20,000 nt of DNA from an uncultured virus (IMG/VR IMGVR_UViG_3300032073_002513) (Duplodnaviria > Heunggongvirae > Uroviricota > Caudoviricetes): IMG/VR virus record IMGVR_UViG_3300032073_002513; one strand, 5' to 3'. The notes below the pieces were generated by a model. It was not told where the DNA came from. It did no database searches and saw only the letters and a program-made list of their open reading frames with translations. Positions 8,021-15,916 of the stretch are shown here, in pieces. The position numbers were made by a program, and so were the translations under genes. The stretch's first letter is position 1; each line of letters begins with the position of its first letter.

Positions 8021-9368
8021 TACAATTATTCTAGTTAATTTAGTTAGAAACGAAAAGTATGTTAGAAAAGTTCTACCCTTCATTAAAGAAGAGTATTTCT
8101 CAGATAACGAACATTCTTATGCGTTTAGACAGATTGCTGAATATATAGAAAAATATAACAACACACCTACACTAGAGGCAATGTCAGTTGCATTTGATAA
8201 TGCTAGTGAGGAACAAAGAAGTTTATTAAAAACAGTATTTGAATATGAACAAGAGCCTCAGGAACTACAATGGTTGGTAGATGAAACAGAAAAGTTCTGT
8301 AAAGATAAAGCAGTTTTTAATGCAGTACTAGAAGGTATACAGATTATAGATGGTAAGAAAAAGGATATGACTCCTGATGCTTTGCCTGATTTATTAACTG
8401 AGGCATTACAAGTAGGCTTTGATACTAATGTAGGACATGACTTTATTGAAGATGCTGATAAACGATTTGATTTTTACAATAGAATAGAAAACAAAGTTCC
8501 TTTTGATCTGGATATGTTTAATAAAATTACAGATGGAGGACTATCTAACAAGACACTTAATATAGCATTAGCAGGCACAGGTGTAGGTAAATCCCTGTTT
8601 ATGTGTCATATGGCGTCAGCAGCTATTGCTAATGGACAGAATGTACTCTATATTACATTGGAAATGGCAGAAGAAAGAATTGCAGAAAGAATAGATGCTA
8701 ACTTAATGAATGTTCCTATAGGAGATTTATCTAACATGTCTAAGCCTATGTTCCAAGATAGAATAGGCACATTAAAAGAGAAGTATGAAGGTAGATTAAT
8801 TGTTAAAGAATATCCTACAGCATCTGCACATAGTGGACATTTTAAAGCATTGATTAATGAATTAAAACTAAAAAGAAACTTTCATCCTGAGATTATTTTT
8901 ATTGATTATTTAAATATTTGCACAAGTTCTAGGTTTAGGCCTGGCAGTAGTGCTAACTCTTATACAATTATTAAAAGTATTGCAGAAGAACTTAGAGGTT
9001 TGGCAGTAGAACTAGATGTTCCTATTTTTAGTGCTACACAAACAACTAGAGGTGGTTATGGAAATAGTGATGTTGACTTAACAGATACCTCAGAAAGTTT
9101 TGGTCTTCCAGCTACAGCAGATTTAATGTTTGCAATTATAAGTACTGAGGAGCTAGAACAACTTGGACAGTTTATGATTAAACAGTTGAAAAACAGATAT
9201 GCTGATCCTACAAGAAACAAAAGATTTATGATAGGTGTTGATCGTGCTAAAATGAAATTATTTGATTTGGAAGATTCAGCACAACAAGCTATAACGGACT
9301 CTAATATAGATGTTCCAGTATTTGACAGAGGCAAACAAGGAAGCGATTATGACAACCTTAAATTTTAA
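8013..9368 (+). CDS. 41: Replicative DNA helicase (T4 gp41, DnaB-like)
   Basis: LAGTGVGKSLFMCH, YITLEMAEERIAERIDAN, IFIDYLNIC, SESFGLPATAD and KQLKNRY. Confidence 0.98.
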   Translation: MLDTIILVNLVRNEKYVRKVLPFIKEEYFSDNEHSYAFRQIAEYIEKYNNTPTLEAMSVAFDNASEEQRSLLKTVFEYEQEPQELQWLVDETEKFCKDKAVFNAVLEGIQIIDGKKKDMTPDALPDLLTEALQVGFDTNVGHDFIEDADKRFDFYNRIENKVPFDLDMFNKITDGGLSNKTLNIALAGTGVGKSLFMCHMASAAIANGQNVLYITLEMAEERIAERIDANLMNVPIGDLSNMSKPMFQDRIGTLKEKYEGRLIVKEYPTASAHSGHFKALINELKLKRNFHPEIIFIDYLNICTSSRFRPGSSANSYTIIKSIAEELRGLAVELDVPIFSATQTTRGGYGNSDVDLTDTSESFGLPATADLMFAIISTEELEQLGQFMIKQLKNRYADPTRNKRFMIGVDRAKMKLFDLEDSAQQAITDSNIDVPVFDRGKQGSDYDNLKF

Positions 9369-10098
9369 TGATATAGAATTTGATGTAATAGATAATGTCT
9401 TGGCAAAAAGATATTCTAAGTTTCTAATGGAAAACATACATCAAAGTAAAGAGTTTTATTTCATGGGAGATAAAATAGATGAGATTCTGTCTGAAATAGA
9501 TAAAATTGTTTACATGTATGGCAAAGAGCCTACAAGAAACATGAATAAATTACATGATTATTTTGCAGACCATGAAGACGATCCTGAAATGAGTAGGTTG
9601 AATAATCTCATTCATTACTATGAATTAAGCTTAAACAACTTTCCACCTCGTTGGGGAATGATGGTAGGTGAGGCGACAATGGAATTGTTTCCAGCAGACT
9701 ATGAATACTTTACATTACTAAGGCAACCAGGTACTCTTTATGTGAATTATCCTCATGTAGGAAAACACTTTGCTGAGATTGCCTACTCTAGAGATTATGA
9801 TATTCAAGAACATCAATATGTGCCTCAAGATATATGCAGGCCTAGTTTTCATATATGGTTAGGAGATGAAATAACTATTGAAATGTTGAATACCAATGTT
9901 AATATATTGATTGATATAGCTCACGGAAAGTTAAAAGATAGGCTAAATTTGCCTAATATTGACGATCCTGCAATGAGAATAGGGTATATTCCATTTGCCA
10001 CACTTAAAGATGATATAAATATAAATGAACTTACAAATCATCTTTTGAAATGTAAGACTAAGAGTAAAAATCAATGGGAGTTATTTACAAATGGCTGA
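9349..10098 (+). CDS. Hypothetical protein
   Basis: Long open frame overlapping both neighbours. Start 9349 chosen over 9310 for its SD-like AAGGAAG and smaller overlap. Confidence 0.75.
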   Translation: MTTLNFNDIEFDVIDNVLAKRYSKFLMENIHQSKEFYFMGDKIDEILSEIDKIVYMYGKEPTRNMNKLHDYFADHEDDPEMSRLNNLIHYYELSLNNFPPRWGMMVGEATMELFPADYEYFTLLRQPGTLYVNYPHVGKHFAEIAYSRDYDIQEHQYVPQDICRPSFHIWLGDEITIEMLNTNVNILIDIAHGKLKDRLNLPNIDDPAMRIGYIPFATLKDDININELTNHLLKCKTKSKNQWELFTNG

Positions 10099-10438
10099 AT
10101 CAGAAGTAAATATTAGTTTAGAAGAATATGAGGCATTAAAGGCAGCAGCAGCGCCAGCCGAAGAAGAGGCAGCGCCACCTGGCAAACCTTGGTGGAGTGC
10201 ACCTGACGATAGAGGTTGGATTTGGATTGCACCAGAGTATTTTAGTAGATGGAGATTATTTCCTCGTGCATTTATTAGCATGTATATCTACTTATTGTAT
10301 CAGGTGACAAACTGGTTTATGGATTTACCTTCACCAGGACCTGAACAAGCAGGTCTTGTTAGTGTTGTCGTAGGAGCTGGAGCAGCCTGGTTTGGACTAT
10401 ATGTTAATAGTACAAGCACAGGACAGGATAAGAAGTAA
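10091..10438 (+). CDS. Two-TM membrane protein
   Basis: Hydrophobic segments AFISMYIYLLYQVTNWF and AGLVSVVVGAGAAWFGLY; SD GGGAG; TATAAATA at 10014-10021 upstream. Confidence 0.75.
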   Translation: MAESEVNISLEEYEALKAAAAPAEEEAAPPGKPWWSAPDDRGWIWIAPEYFSRWRLFPRAFISMYIYLLYQVTNWFMDLPSPGPEQAGLVSVVVGAGAAWFGLYVNSTSTGQDKK

Positions 10439-10851
10439 TGCCTGAGGTTGTTTTATCAGATTTCTATATTGAGTTTATAGGGTTTTTGCTCACCCTAATA
10501 ATCGGGCTCTCTATTAGAGATTATGCTGGCTCTTTTGTTAAAGGCGCTAAGTTTAGATTTAACCCCGCCTTCCAAGAAGGCGATAAGGTGCTACTTGATG
10601 GTAGCCCAGCACTCATAGTTAAAATAGGATTGAGTGAAACAGTTTTTGGAATCTACGGAGAAGATGGATATACATGGAGGTATGTTCCAAATACTAGAAT
10701 AGAATTCTTGAAGTTAGAGAAGATAGTGGACCCCGATTTACATCGGGATACTGCACAAGAGAAGGCACAAAAGATGGTAGATGCTTTCCAAGATGCTAAC
10801 ATACAAAAGAATGGAGAAGAGATTAATAAATTAAAAAATGGAGAAAAGTGA
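10438..10851 (+). CDS. Mechanosensitive channel MscS-like beta-domain protein (short)
   Basis: One TM helix followed by FQEGDKVLLDG...IVKIGLSETVF...YVPNTRI, resembling the MscS middle domain. Confidence 0.6.
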   Translation: MPEVVLSDFYIEFIGFLLTLIIGLSIRDYAGSFVKGAKFRFNPAFQEGDKVLLDGSPALIVKIGLSETVFGIYGEDGYTWRYVPNTRIEFLKLEKIVDPDLHRDTAQEKAQKMVDAFQDANIQKNGEEINKLKNGEK

Positions 10852-11084
10852 TGCCACCTAAATTTAAACCGAGTCATAAAGAATATGTTAAAGGTCCAGA
10901 CGGTAGACCAACAAAAAGAACAAGAATGAAACATTATTACCTAGCACAAACATCTACACAAGAGATTATTGACGGTATAAATAAAGGTAAAAGAAAACAT
11001 CGTAATAAATTTATTAATGAATTAACTAGGCGTGGAGTGAAATTAGTATGGAAGACGGAAGACGAGATAGCAACGGAACAGTAG
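10848..11084 (+). CDS. Small basic hypothetical protein
   Basis: SD GGAGA; overlaps the upstream stop codon. Confidence 0.7.
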   Translation: MMPPKFKPSHKEYVKGPDGRPTKRTRMKHYYLAQTSTQEIIDGINKGKRKHRNKFINELTRRGVKLVWKTEDEIATEQ

Positions 11085-11626
11085 GTGAAGGCCAAAAGCC
11101 TGGAGCTTTAAAAATATATGATGGAGCCTTAAGTGAAGGCTTTGCTGATGATCTAATTGAAATATTCAATGCTAACAAAGAAGCACACATAGAAAATAAA
11201 CACGAAACTCTCAATTTCGTAGAGTACAACTACACCCTGAATCACAAAGAAGAAGATGTGCATAAGAGGCTCATGGAACATACAGGGCAACTCTATAAAC
11301 ATTACCTCGGGGATTTAGGCACAACCAATATGATTCAAGTATCTGGTTTCGAGGAAATCAAAATATACAAATATGAAAAAGGAACAGGGTTTCACGATTT
11401 ACATATAGATGCTGTAGATCATGAAAGTTCTATTCGAGCAGTAGCCTTTACCTGGTTTCTCAATGAAACTGATGGCAATGTGGATTACCCATTACAAAGA
11501 ATCGGTGTCCAGGCTCGCAAAGGCAGGGTAATTATAACGCCTGTATCGTGGGAATACCCTTCAAATAACCACATTTCTCAAGAATCTGACAAATATATGT
11601 TACAAACTTTTCTACATTTAGCCTAA
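11048..11626 (+). CDS. 2OG-Fe(II) oxygenase
   Basis: KY...FHDLHID, RAVAFTWFLNE, distal His (NNH) and KYMLQTFLH. Confidence 0.8.
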   Translation: MEDGRRDSNGTVGEGQKPGALKIYDGALSEGFADDLIEIFNANKEAHIENKHETLNFVEYNYTLNHKEEDVHKRLMEHTGQLYKHYLGDLGTTNMIQVSGFEEIKIYKYEKGTGFHDLHIDAVDHESSIRAVAFTWFLNETDGNVDYPLQRIGVQARKGRVIITPVSWEYPSNNHISQESDKYMLQTFLHLA

Positions 11627-11664
11627 GTTACTGATATTACACCAAAAAAGATTTGAAAAAATGC

Positions 11665-11693
11665 TTGACTTATGGTCCTGTAGAGTGCATAAT
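11665..11693 (+). promoter_or_regulatory. Sigma70-type early promoter
   Basis: TTGACT-N17-CATAAT with an A-rich UP-like element; shares AGAGTGCATAAT with the gp43 promoter. Confidence 0.75.
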
Positions 11694-11725
11694 AACGGTA
11701 TATTAAATAAAAAGGTATAAAGATT

Positions 11726-12103
11726 ATGACAAATTGGGAAGACTTATCAGAAAGAGATCAACTTTTAACTTATATTAGTGATACTCACAAAGATGCTTAC
11801 GGGTTTAGACCTAGAGGCCTCTACAATGATATGTCTGTCCAAGAGCTTAAGGTTGAGCTTGATAGACTCTATGAGGCAGCTTCTGAGGAAGCAGATCGCA
11901 TACATAATATCGAGACTCGAGCTTGGAAGGCTTTGAAAAGTCATTATGCCGATTTAGTTAATATGGGAGCAAAAGACTTTAGGCAAGCTCTTGCTTGGGA
12001 TATGGAAGCTGAAGATTGTGAATCATGGGACTTTGGGTTCTACTGTTACCACAAAAACCTTTCTTATTCTAAGGAAAGAGTGCTAGAAAGATTAGCAGCT
12101 TAA
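11726..12103 (+). CDS. Hypothetical early protein (YISDxHKDAYGFRPR motif)
   Basis: Follows the promoter; SD AAGGT; motif I recall from small early proteins of T4-like phages. Confidence 0.8.
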   Translation: MTNWEDLSERDQLLTYISDTHKDAYGFRPRGLYNDMSVQELKVELDRLYEAASEEADRIHNIETRAWKALKSHYADLVNMGAKDFRQALAWDMEAEDCESWDFGFYCYHKNLSYSKERVLERLAA

Positions 12104-12127
12104 TAGCTCTTTTGGTCCACAAAGTGG

Positions 12128-12156
12128 TTGACTCTTGGTTGGCAAGAGTCTATAAT
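12128..12156 (+). promoter_or_regulatory. Sigma70-type promoter with a perfect 8 bp inverted repeat
   Basis: TTGACT-N17-TATAAT; GACTCTTG-N5-CAAGAGTC at 12130-12150. Confidence 0.8.
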
Positions 12157-12193
12157 GTAACTTGTAAATTAGAAAATATGGAGAAACGCTGTT

Positions 12194-12520
12194 ATGACAG
12201 ATCAACTATTTAAATATGCAGGATATTCAGTTACGGAAGCAGGCCAAACTAAGGCTAGGTTCGGTAATGATATGGTATCACGCATAAAGAAACTTACGGC
12301 TAAGGGTAACCAAGATACTTGGTTCGCTGAATTGCCGCAAGCCATGACCAAGAAGGAAGCATCAAACTTCTTACTTGAAAAGGAGGAGATTAAATCCAAC
12401 TTTGATGTAAGAGATGCTTTACAAAAGGTCGTGTATCGTAATGTGCCTAAGGGAACGACTCGTGTCGTGAACGAGGGTGCTGTTTCAACCGGCAATGATG
12501 CCAACAATATGGAGAGCTAA
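12194..12520 (+). CDS. Hypothetical protein
   Basis: SD GGAGA; first ORF after the promoter; FKYAGYS...KARFGND...RIKKL. Confidence 0.8.
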   Translation: MTDQLFKYAGYSVTEAGQTKARFGNDMVSRIKKLTAKGNQDTWFAELPQAMTKKEASNFLLEKEEIKSNFDVRDALQKVVYRNVPKGTTRVVNEGAVSTGNDANNMES

Positions 12521-12521
12521 T

Positions 12522-12773
12522 ATGGCTAATCGTAAAGTGACCCAAACTCAAAAGGTTCTAAACTTTTTGAACAAAGGGAATAGTTTGAGCAATGCAGTAG
12601 CAACGCACAAACTTAAAGTAAACAGACTACCTGCTAAGATTCATGTTCTTAGACAACAAGGGTATCCTATTTACACAAATTCCAATGCAGTAGGTAATCC
12701 TACTTACCGTCTTGGTACACCTAGTAGAGCAATGGTAGCAGCAGCTTTTAAAGCTGGCGTATCATTTAGCTAA
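12522..12773 (+). CDS. Winged helix-turn-helix DNA-binding protein
   Basis: SD GGAGAG before ATG 12522; TQTQKVLNFL...LPAKIHVLRQQGYPIYT...YRLGTPSR fits a wHTH pattern. Confidence 0.7.
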   Translation: MANRKVTQTQKVLNFLNKGNSLSNAVATHKLKVNRLPAKIHVLRQQGYPIYTNSNAVGNPTYRLGTPSRAMVAAAFKAGVSFS

Positions 12774-12781
12774 GCTAACTA

Positions 12782-12832
12782 AATGGAGCCCTATATGAAA
12801 CATAAGAACCCTGGGGCTCCATTACATTTTTT
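12782..12832 (+). terminator. Putative intrinsic terminator or processing hairpin
   Basis: AATGGAGCCC (12782-12791) pairs with GGGCTCCATT (12814-12823), followed by ACATTTTTT. The loop is unusually long. Confidence 0.5.
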
Positions 12833-12971
12833 GAGGTTTGGTACACCGAGGTCGTCAGAGATCAAAAGACCAACTATAAATATAGGAGAAGAGCTAGGCA
12901 GACTCGAAAAAAAGGCCGTAACAAAAACATATATCCTGGATAATGATATAAAACTTATCCACCGAATTTTT

Positions 12972-13047
12972 GCTCGGATAGCTCAGTTGGTAGAGCAGAT
13001 GATTTGTAATCATCAGGTCGTAGGTTCAAATCCTATTCCGAGCTCCA
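12972..13047 (+). tRNA. trnT: tRNA-Thr (anticodon UGU) with encoded CCA
   Basis: 76 nt cloverleaf: acceptor GCTCGGA/TCCGAGC, D arm GCTC/GAGC, anticodon arm GATGA-TTTGTAA-TCATC, T loop TTCAAAT, 3' CCA. Confidence 0.96.
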
Positions 13048-13068
13048 GACAAACATAAAGGATAGGAA

Positions 13069-13314
13069 ATGGAAAAAATAGATTTAGCAAAAGAATTAAT
13101 TGAAGCATTAAGCAATCAATATCGTGGCAATATACAAGCTGCAAGAGCTAATGTGAGAGTGTACCTAGAAAATCCAGCAGGGATTGGTGAGCACCCAGAT
13201 ATTATTCAATCTATTGACAGCCAGATCCAAATTATAGCAGACAACCAAGAGAAATTAGATATTCTCAATAGCCGTAGATTCAACTTTTCAGGGAGTAATT
13301 TTCCCGTTGAATAA
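13069..13314 (+). CDS. Hypothetical protein (GIGEHPDI motif, coiled coil)
   Basis: SD AAGGA/AGGA; YLENPAGIGEHPDI motif I recall from marine T4-like phages. Confidence 0.8.
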   Translation: MEKIDLAKELIEALSNQYRGNIQAARANVRVYLENPAGIGEHPDIIQSIDSQIQIIADNQEKLDILNSRRFNFSGSNFPVE

Positions 13315-13504
13315 TTTACAAGCTACCTTTGGTAACGAATTTTTCCGTGCAGAAGTGAGACCTTTTAAGGACACAGATCTGTACAAAGTAGAGTTTTTTA
13401 GTAAGGACGATTTGGTCTTTACAGAATATGTGGCTGACATAGCCACCGCTGAGGATACAGCAAAAACATTCGTTAGACAAAGGGAGCGACTACATGGCAA
13501 ATAA
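13307..13504 (+). CDS. Small hypothetical protein
   Basis: TTG start after GGGAG; overlaps both neighbours. Confidence 0.6.
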   Translation: MNNLQATFGNEFFRAEVRPFKDTDLYKVEFFSKDDLVFTEYVADIATAEDTAKTFVRQRERLHGK

Positions 13505-13979
13505 TGTATATTCTACTATTCAATTTCAAGAAGGCGACAATGAGGCAGAAAGAGAGTTCATAAGAATTTTTGAATTCATACAAACCTTCGATGAAAAAGG
13601 ATTAGAGTTTGCAGACTTTTATCTCACCAATCAAGAAATTGTAGATGATGAGTTTATGGAAGATTGGGTAGGTCCTAGAAAAGCAGTCGTTACAAATTTT
13701 ATGGGTACAGAAGTAGAGATAAAATCCTCTTGGATATCTCCTCGTGTATTTTTCGAAGGTTTATTAGAACATTTAAGAAACACAGATCCTGATGTTAAAT
13801 TAAGTATGCAATATGAGGATGAATTTCTAATGTTCTGTGGTGTGTATGTTAACGACAAGAATATTGAAGAGTCAGGTGGTTGGTTCAAGGCACAATTCGA
13901 TAAACTAGAAGATGACGAATTAGACTTCTTAGAGTTTGTAGAGGATATACAGATAGAATGGTTAGATGAATTGTGTTAA
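13494..13979 (+). CDS. Acidic hypothetical protein
   Basis: SD AGGGAG; strongly D/E-rich; MANNVYS N-terminus. Confidence 0.75.
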   Translation: MANNVYSTIQFQEGDNEAEREFIRIFEFIQTFDEKGLEFADFYLTNQEIVDDEFMEDWVGPRKAVVTNFMGTEVEIKSSWISPRVFFEGLLEHLRNTDPDVKLSMQYEDEFLMFCGVYVNDKNIEESGGWFKAQFDKLEDDELDFLEFVEDIQIEWLDELC

Positions 13980-14012
13980 TTTTGTGTTGATAGTATGTTA
14001 GGAGGATATATA

Positions 14013-14105
14013 ATGCGGTTTGTGGAAAAAATGGAGACATACGATTCACAATCTCCTACTTCTAACATTTTTATATTTAATGGAGGAAGACTTGAGACTT
14101 GTTAA
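14013..14105 (+). CDS. Possible 30 aa peptide (MRFVEKMETYDSQSPTSNIFIFNGGRLETC)
   Basis: Perfect SD AGGAGG 7 nt upstream; no other support. Confidence 0.3.
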   Translation: MRFVEKMETYDSQSPTSNIFIFNGGRLETC

Positions 14106-14153
14106 GACGACTTCAACCAAAGGTCAACAAGACGTCAAGATGGAGATGGAGAT

Positions 14154-14666
14154 ATGAGGTTAGATTACAAAGACTGTGGCAAAATTGGCATTACATGTAG
14201 CACATTTGATTTGCTACATGCTGGACATGTCGTTATGTTAGAGGAGGCCAAAAGGCATTGTGATTACCTAATAGCAGCGCTGCAAGTCGATCCTACTCAA
14301 GACAGACAAACAAAGAACAAACCTATTCAAAGTATAGTAGAAAGACAAATACAGTTAGCTGCTGTGAAGTATGTTGATGAGATAGTTATGTACTCTACAG
14401 AATCAGAATTAGAAGATTTATTCCTTACACTACCTTTAAATGTTAGAATACTAGGTACTGAATATAGGGACAAAGAGTTTACAGCTAAGCAGATATGTTT
14501 AGATCGTAATATAGAATTGTTTTATAATGTAAGAGATCATTCTTTCAGTAGTACATCTCTTAGAAACAGAATACAAAACAATGAAATACAAAAAATAACT
14601 GGTTATGCAGATGCAGTGATGCCTGAAGTGATAGCCGCTAACAAAAAGAGGAAAGATGATGAGTGA
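14154..14666 (+). CDS. Cytidylyltransferase (glycerol-3-phosphate cytidylyltransferase/TagD-like)
   Basis: STFDLLHAGH (HxGH), YLIAALQVD, VKYVDEI and RDHSFSSTSLR. Confidence 0.9.
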   Translation: MRLDYKDCGKIGITCSTFDLLHAGHVVMLEEAKRHCDYLIAALQVDPTQDRQTKNKPIQSIVERQIQLAAVKYVDEIVMYSTESELEDLFLTLPLNVRILGTEYRDKEFTAKQICLDRNIELFYNVRDHSFSSTSLRNRIQNNEIQKITGYADAVMPEVIAANKKRKDDE

Positions 14667-14877
14667 TGATAATAAATATTTAGGTAAAAACACACCTGCC
14701 ATTCGCAGAGTAGTTAATTGTTTAAATGCTGAGAAAAGAGCCTTACATGGTGAATTCAAGCACTATTGGAAGAACACTGCTCAGAAAATAGCTAAATCAA
14801 ATGATATAGATATAGAGCGTGTAAAAAATAATTTGGAGTTATACAATGCAGAACCTAAAAGTAGTAGCATCCACTAG
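14656..14877 (+). CDS. Hypothetical protein
   Basis: SD GAGGA; overlaps both neighbours. Confidence 0.65.
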   Translation: MMSDDNKYLGKNTPAIRRVVNCLNAEKRALHGEFKHYWKNTAQKIAKSNDIDIERVKNNLELYNAEPKSSSIH

Positions 14878-15190
14878 AATTTGGGAAGCTAAAAATCCTA
14901 ATCAACCTGACTTTCCTATGTGGCACCCTGTTGGAGGGAGTGAATATATTATAGGTTATATGGATCTACCTGACGGCGAAGCACCACAACTGGCTCATAT
15001 AGCAGAACATGTTACTAAATTTATCCATGTATTAGAGGGTAAGATTACTCCTAATGTGGTAGAGGTATTTGCAGGCTATGAAATTTACTATAAAGATGCT
15101 TTAACACATAACGAAGCATTTCAACTACAACAAGGTGATTCTATTGACTTCCCAGCTGAAGATGTTACAAAAATCGAAGGCGAATCATAG
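14846..15190 (+). CDS. Hypothetical protein
   Basis: SD GGAG; 114 aa open frame in an operon-like array. Confidence 0.7.
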   Translation: MQNLKVVASTRIWEAKNPNQPDFPMWHPVGGSEYIIGYMDLPDGEAPQLAHIAEHVTKFIHVLEGKITPNVVEVFAGYEIYYKDALTHNEAFQLQQGDSIDFPAEDVTKIEGES

Positions 15191-15908
15191 GTGGACATTT
15201 GGGTTTACATACTTTAATGAACCACATAAGCTAGAGATACAAATGGACACCTGGTCCAAATGGCCAGGCAATGTAGATATCTTTATCGTTGACGATGGTT
15301 CAGATCTATATCCTGCCAAGCCATTACTAGAAAATTTTCATTTAGAAGATTGGCAACCTACTCTACAACTTTGGAGAGTCACAAGAAATATAGGCTTCAA
15401 CTCTCATGGCTGTAGAAATCTTATAGCCAAATATGCAGACACAGATTGCATACAATTCTTAGATATAGATCATGTGATGTATGCTCCCGATGTTGCTAAA
15501 CTTAAACAAATGAAAGTAGGAAGTAAGGATATTATTCATCATAAAAACTATAATGAATATCAACAAACAGTAAAAGATCATCCAGGCCATATGAATTGTT
15601 TTGGTATACACAAAGATTTATTTTGGGAAGCTGGAGGTTATGATGAATCTTTTACCGGCCATCATTATGGAGATAGAGAATTTTTAGATAGAGTATTTGA
15701 ATTAGAACACAGGAAGATAAAATCTACTTGTATTACTTCAATGAACCGTGAAGGTAGACATGGAAGAGTAAATCCTAATAAGTCTATAACTGAATACGAT
15801 CCAACCGATGATAAGTTTTTCTGGGTACCGTTGGCAGTAGATGAAGTTAAAAAACTTAGAGGAACAAAAACACAAAGATTAGATTTTCCGTTTATTAAAA
15901 TATTATAA
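15162..15908 (+). CDS. GT-A fold glycosyltransferase (GT2/GT7-like)
   Basis: IVDDGS, GCRN, FLDID (DxD) and GGYDESFTGHHYGDREF. Start is GTG 15135 or ATG 15162. Confidence 0.85.
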   Translation: MLQKSKANHRWTFGFTYFNEPHKLEIQMDTWSKWPGNVDIFIVDDGSDLYPAKPLLENFHLEDWQPTLQLWRVTRNIGFNSHGCRNLIAKYADTDCIQFLDIDHVMYAPDVAKLKQMKVGSKDIIHHKNYNEYQQTVKDHPGHMNCFGIHKDLFWEAGGYDESFTGHHYGDREFLDRVFELEHRKIKSTCITSMNREGRHGRVNPNKSITEYDPTDDKFFWVPLAVDEVKKLRGTKTQRLDFPFIKIL

Positions 15909-15911
15909 ATA
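15904..15911 (+). promoter_or_regulatory. T4-type late promoter
   Basis: TATAAATA, 5 nt before ATG 15917. Confidence 0.8.
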
Positions 15912-15916
15912 CTGTT

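Noticed and set aside
3040..9368. Introns, inteins or homing endonucleases in gp43, uvsX or gp41
   Set aside because: The frames are continuous, of normal length, and the motifs are normally spaced.
12477..12521. Upstream extension of the wHTH ORF given in the track
   Set aside because: ATG 12522 has a clear SD and follows the previous stop; the extension overlaps the upstream gene.
12891..12917. preQ1-like pseudoknot impression (GAG...CTC followed by an A-run)
   Set aside because: The stem is only about 3 bp, the conserved loop residues are not evident, and no queuosine gene lies downstream.
12783..13058. 91 aa + strand ORF in the track
   Set aside because: It runs through a terminator-like hairpin and the whole tRNA-Thr, and has no SD.
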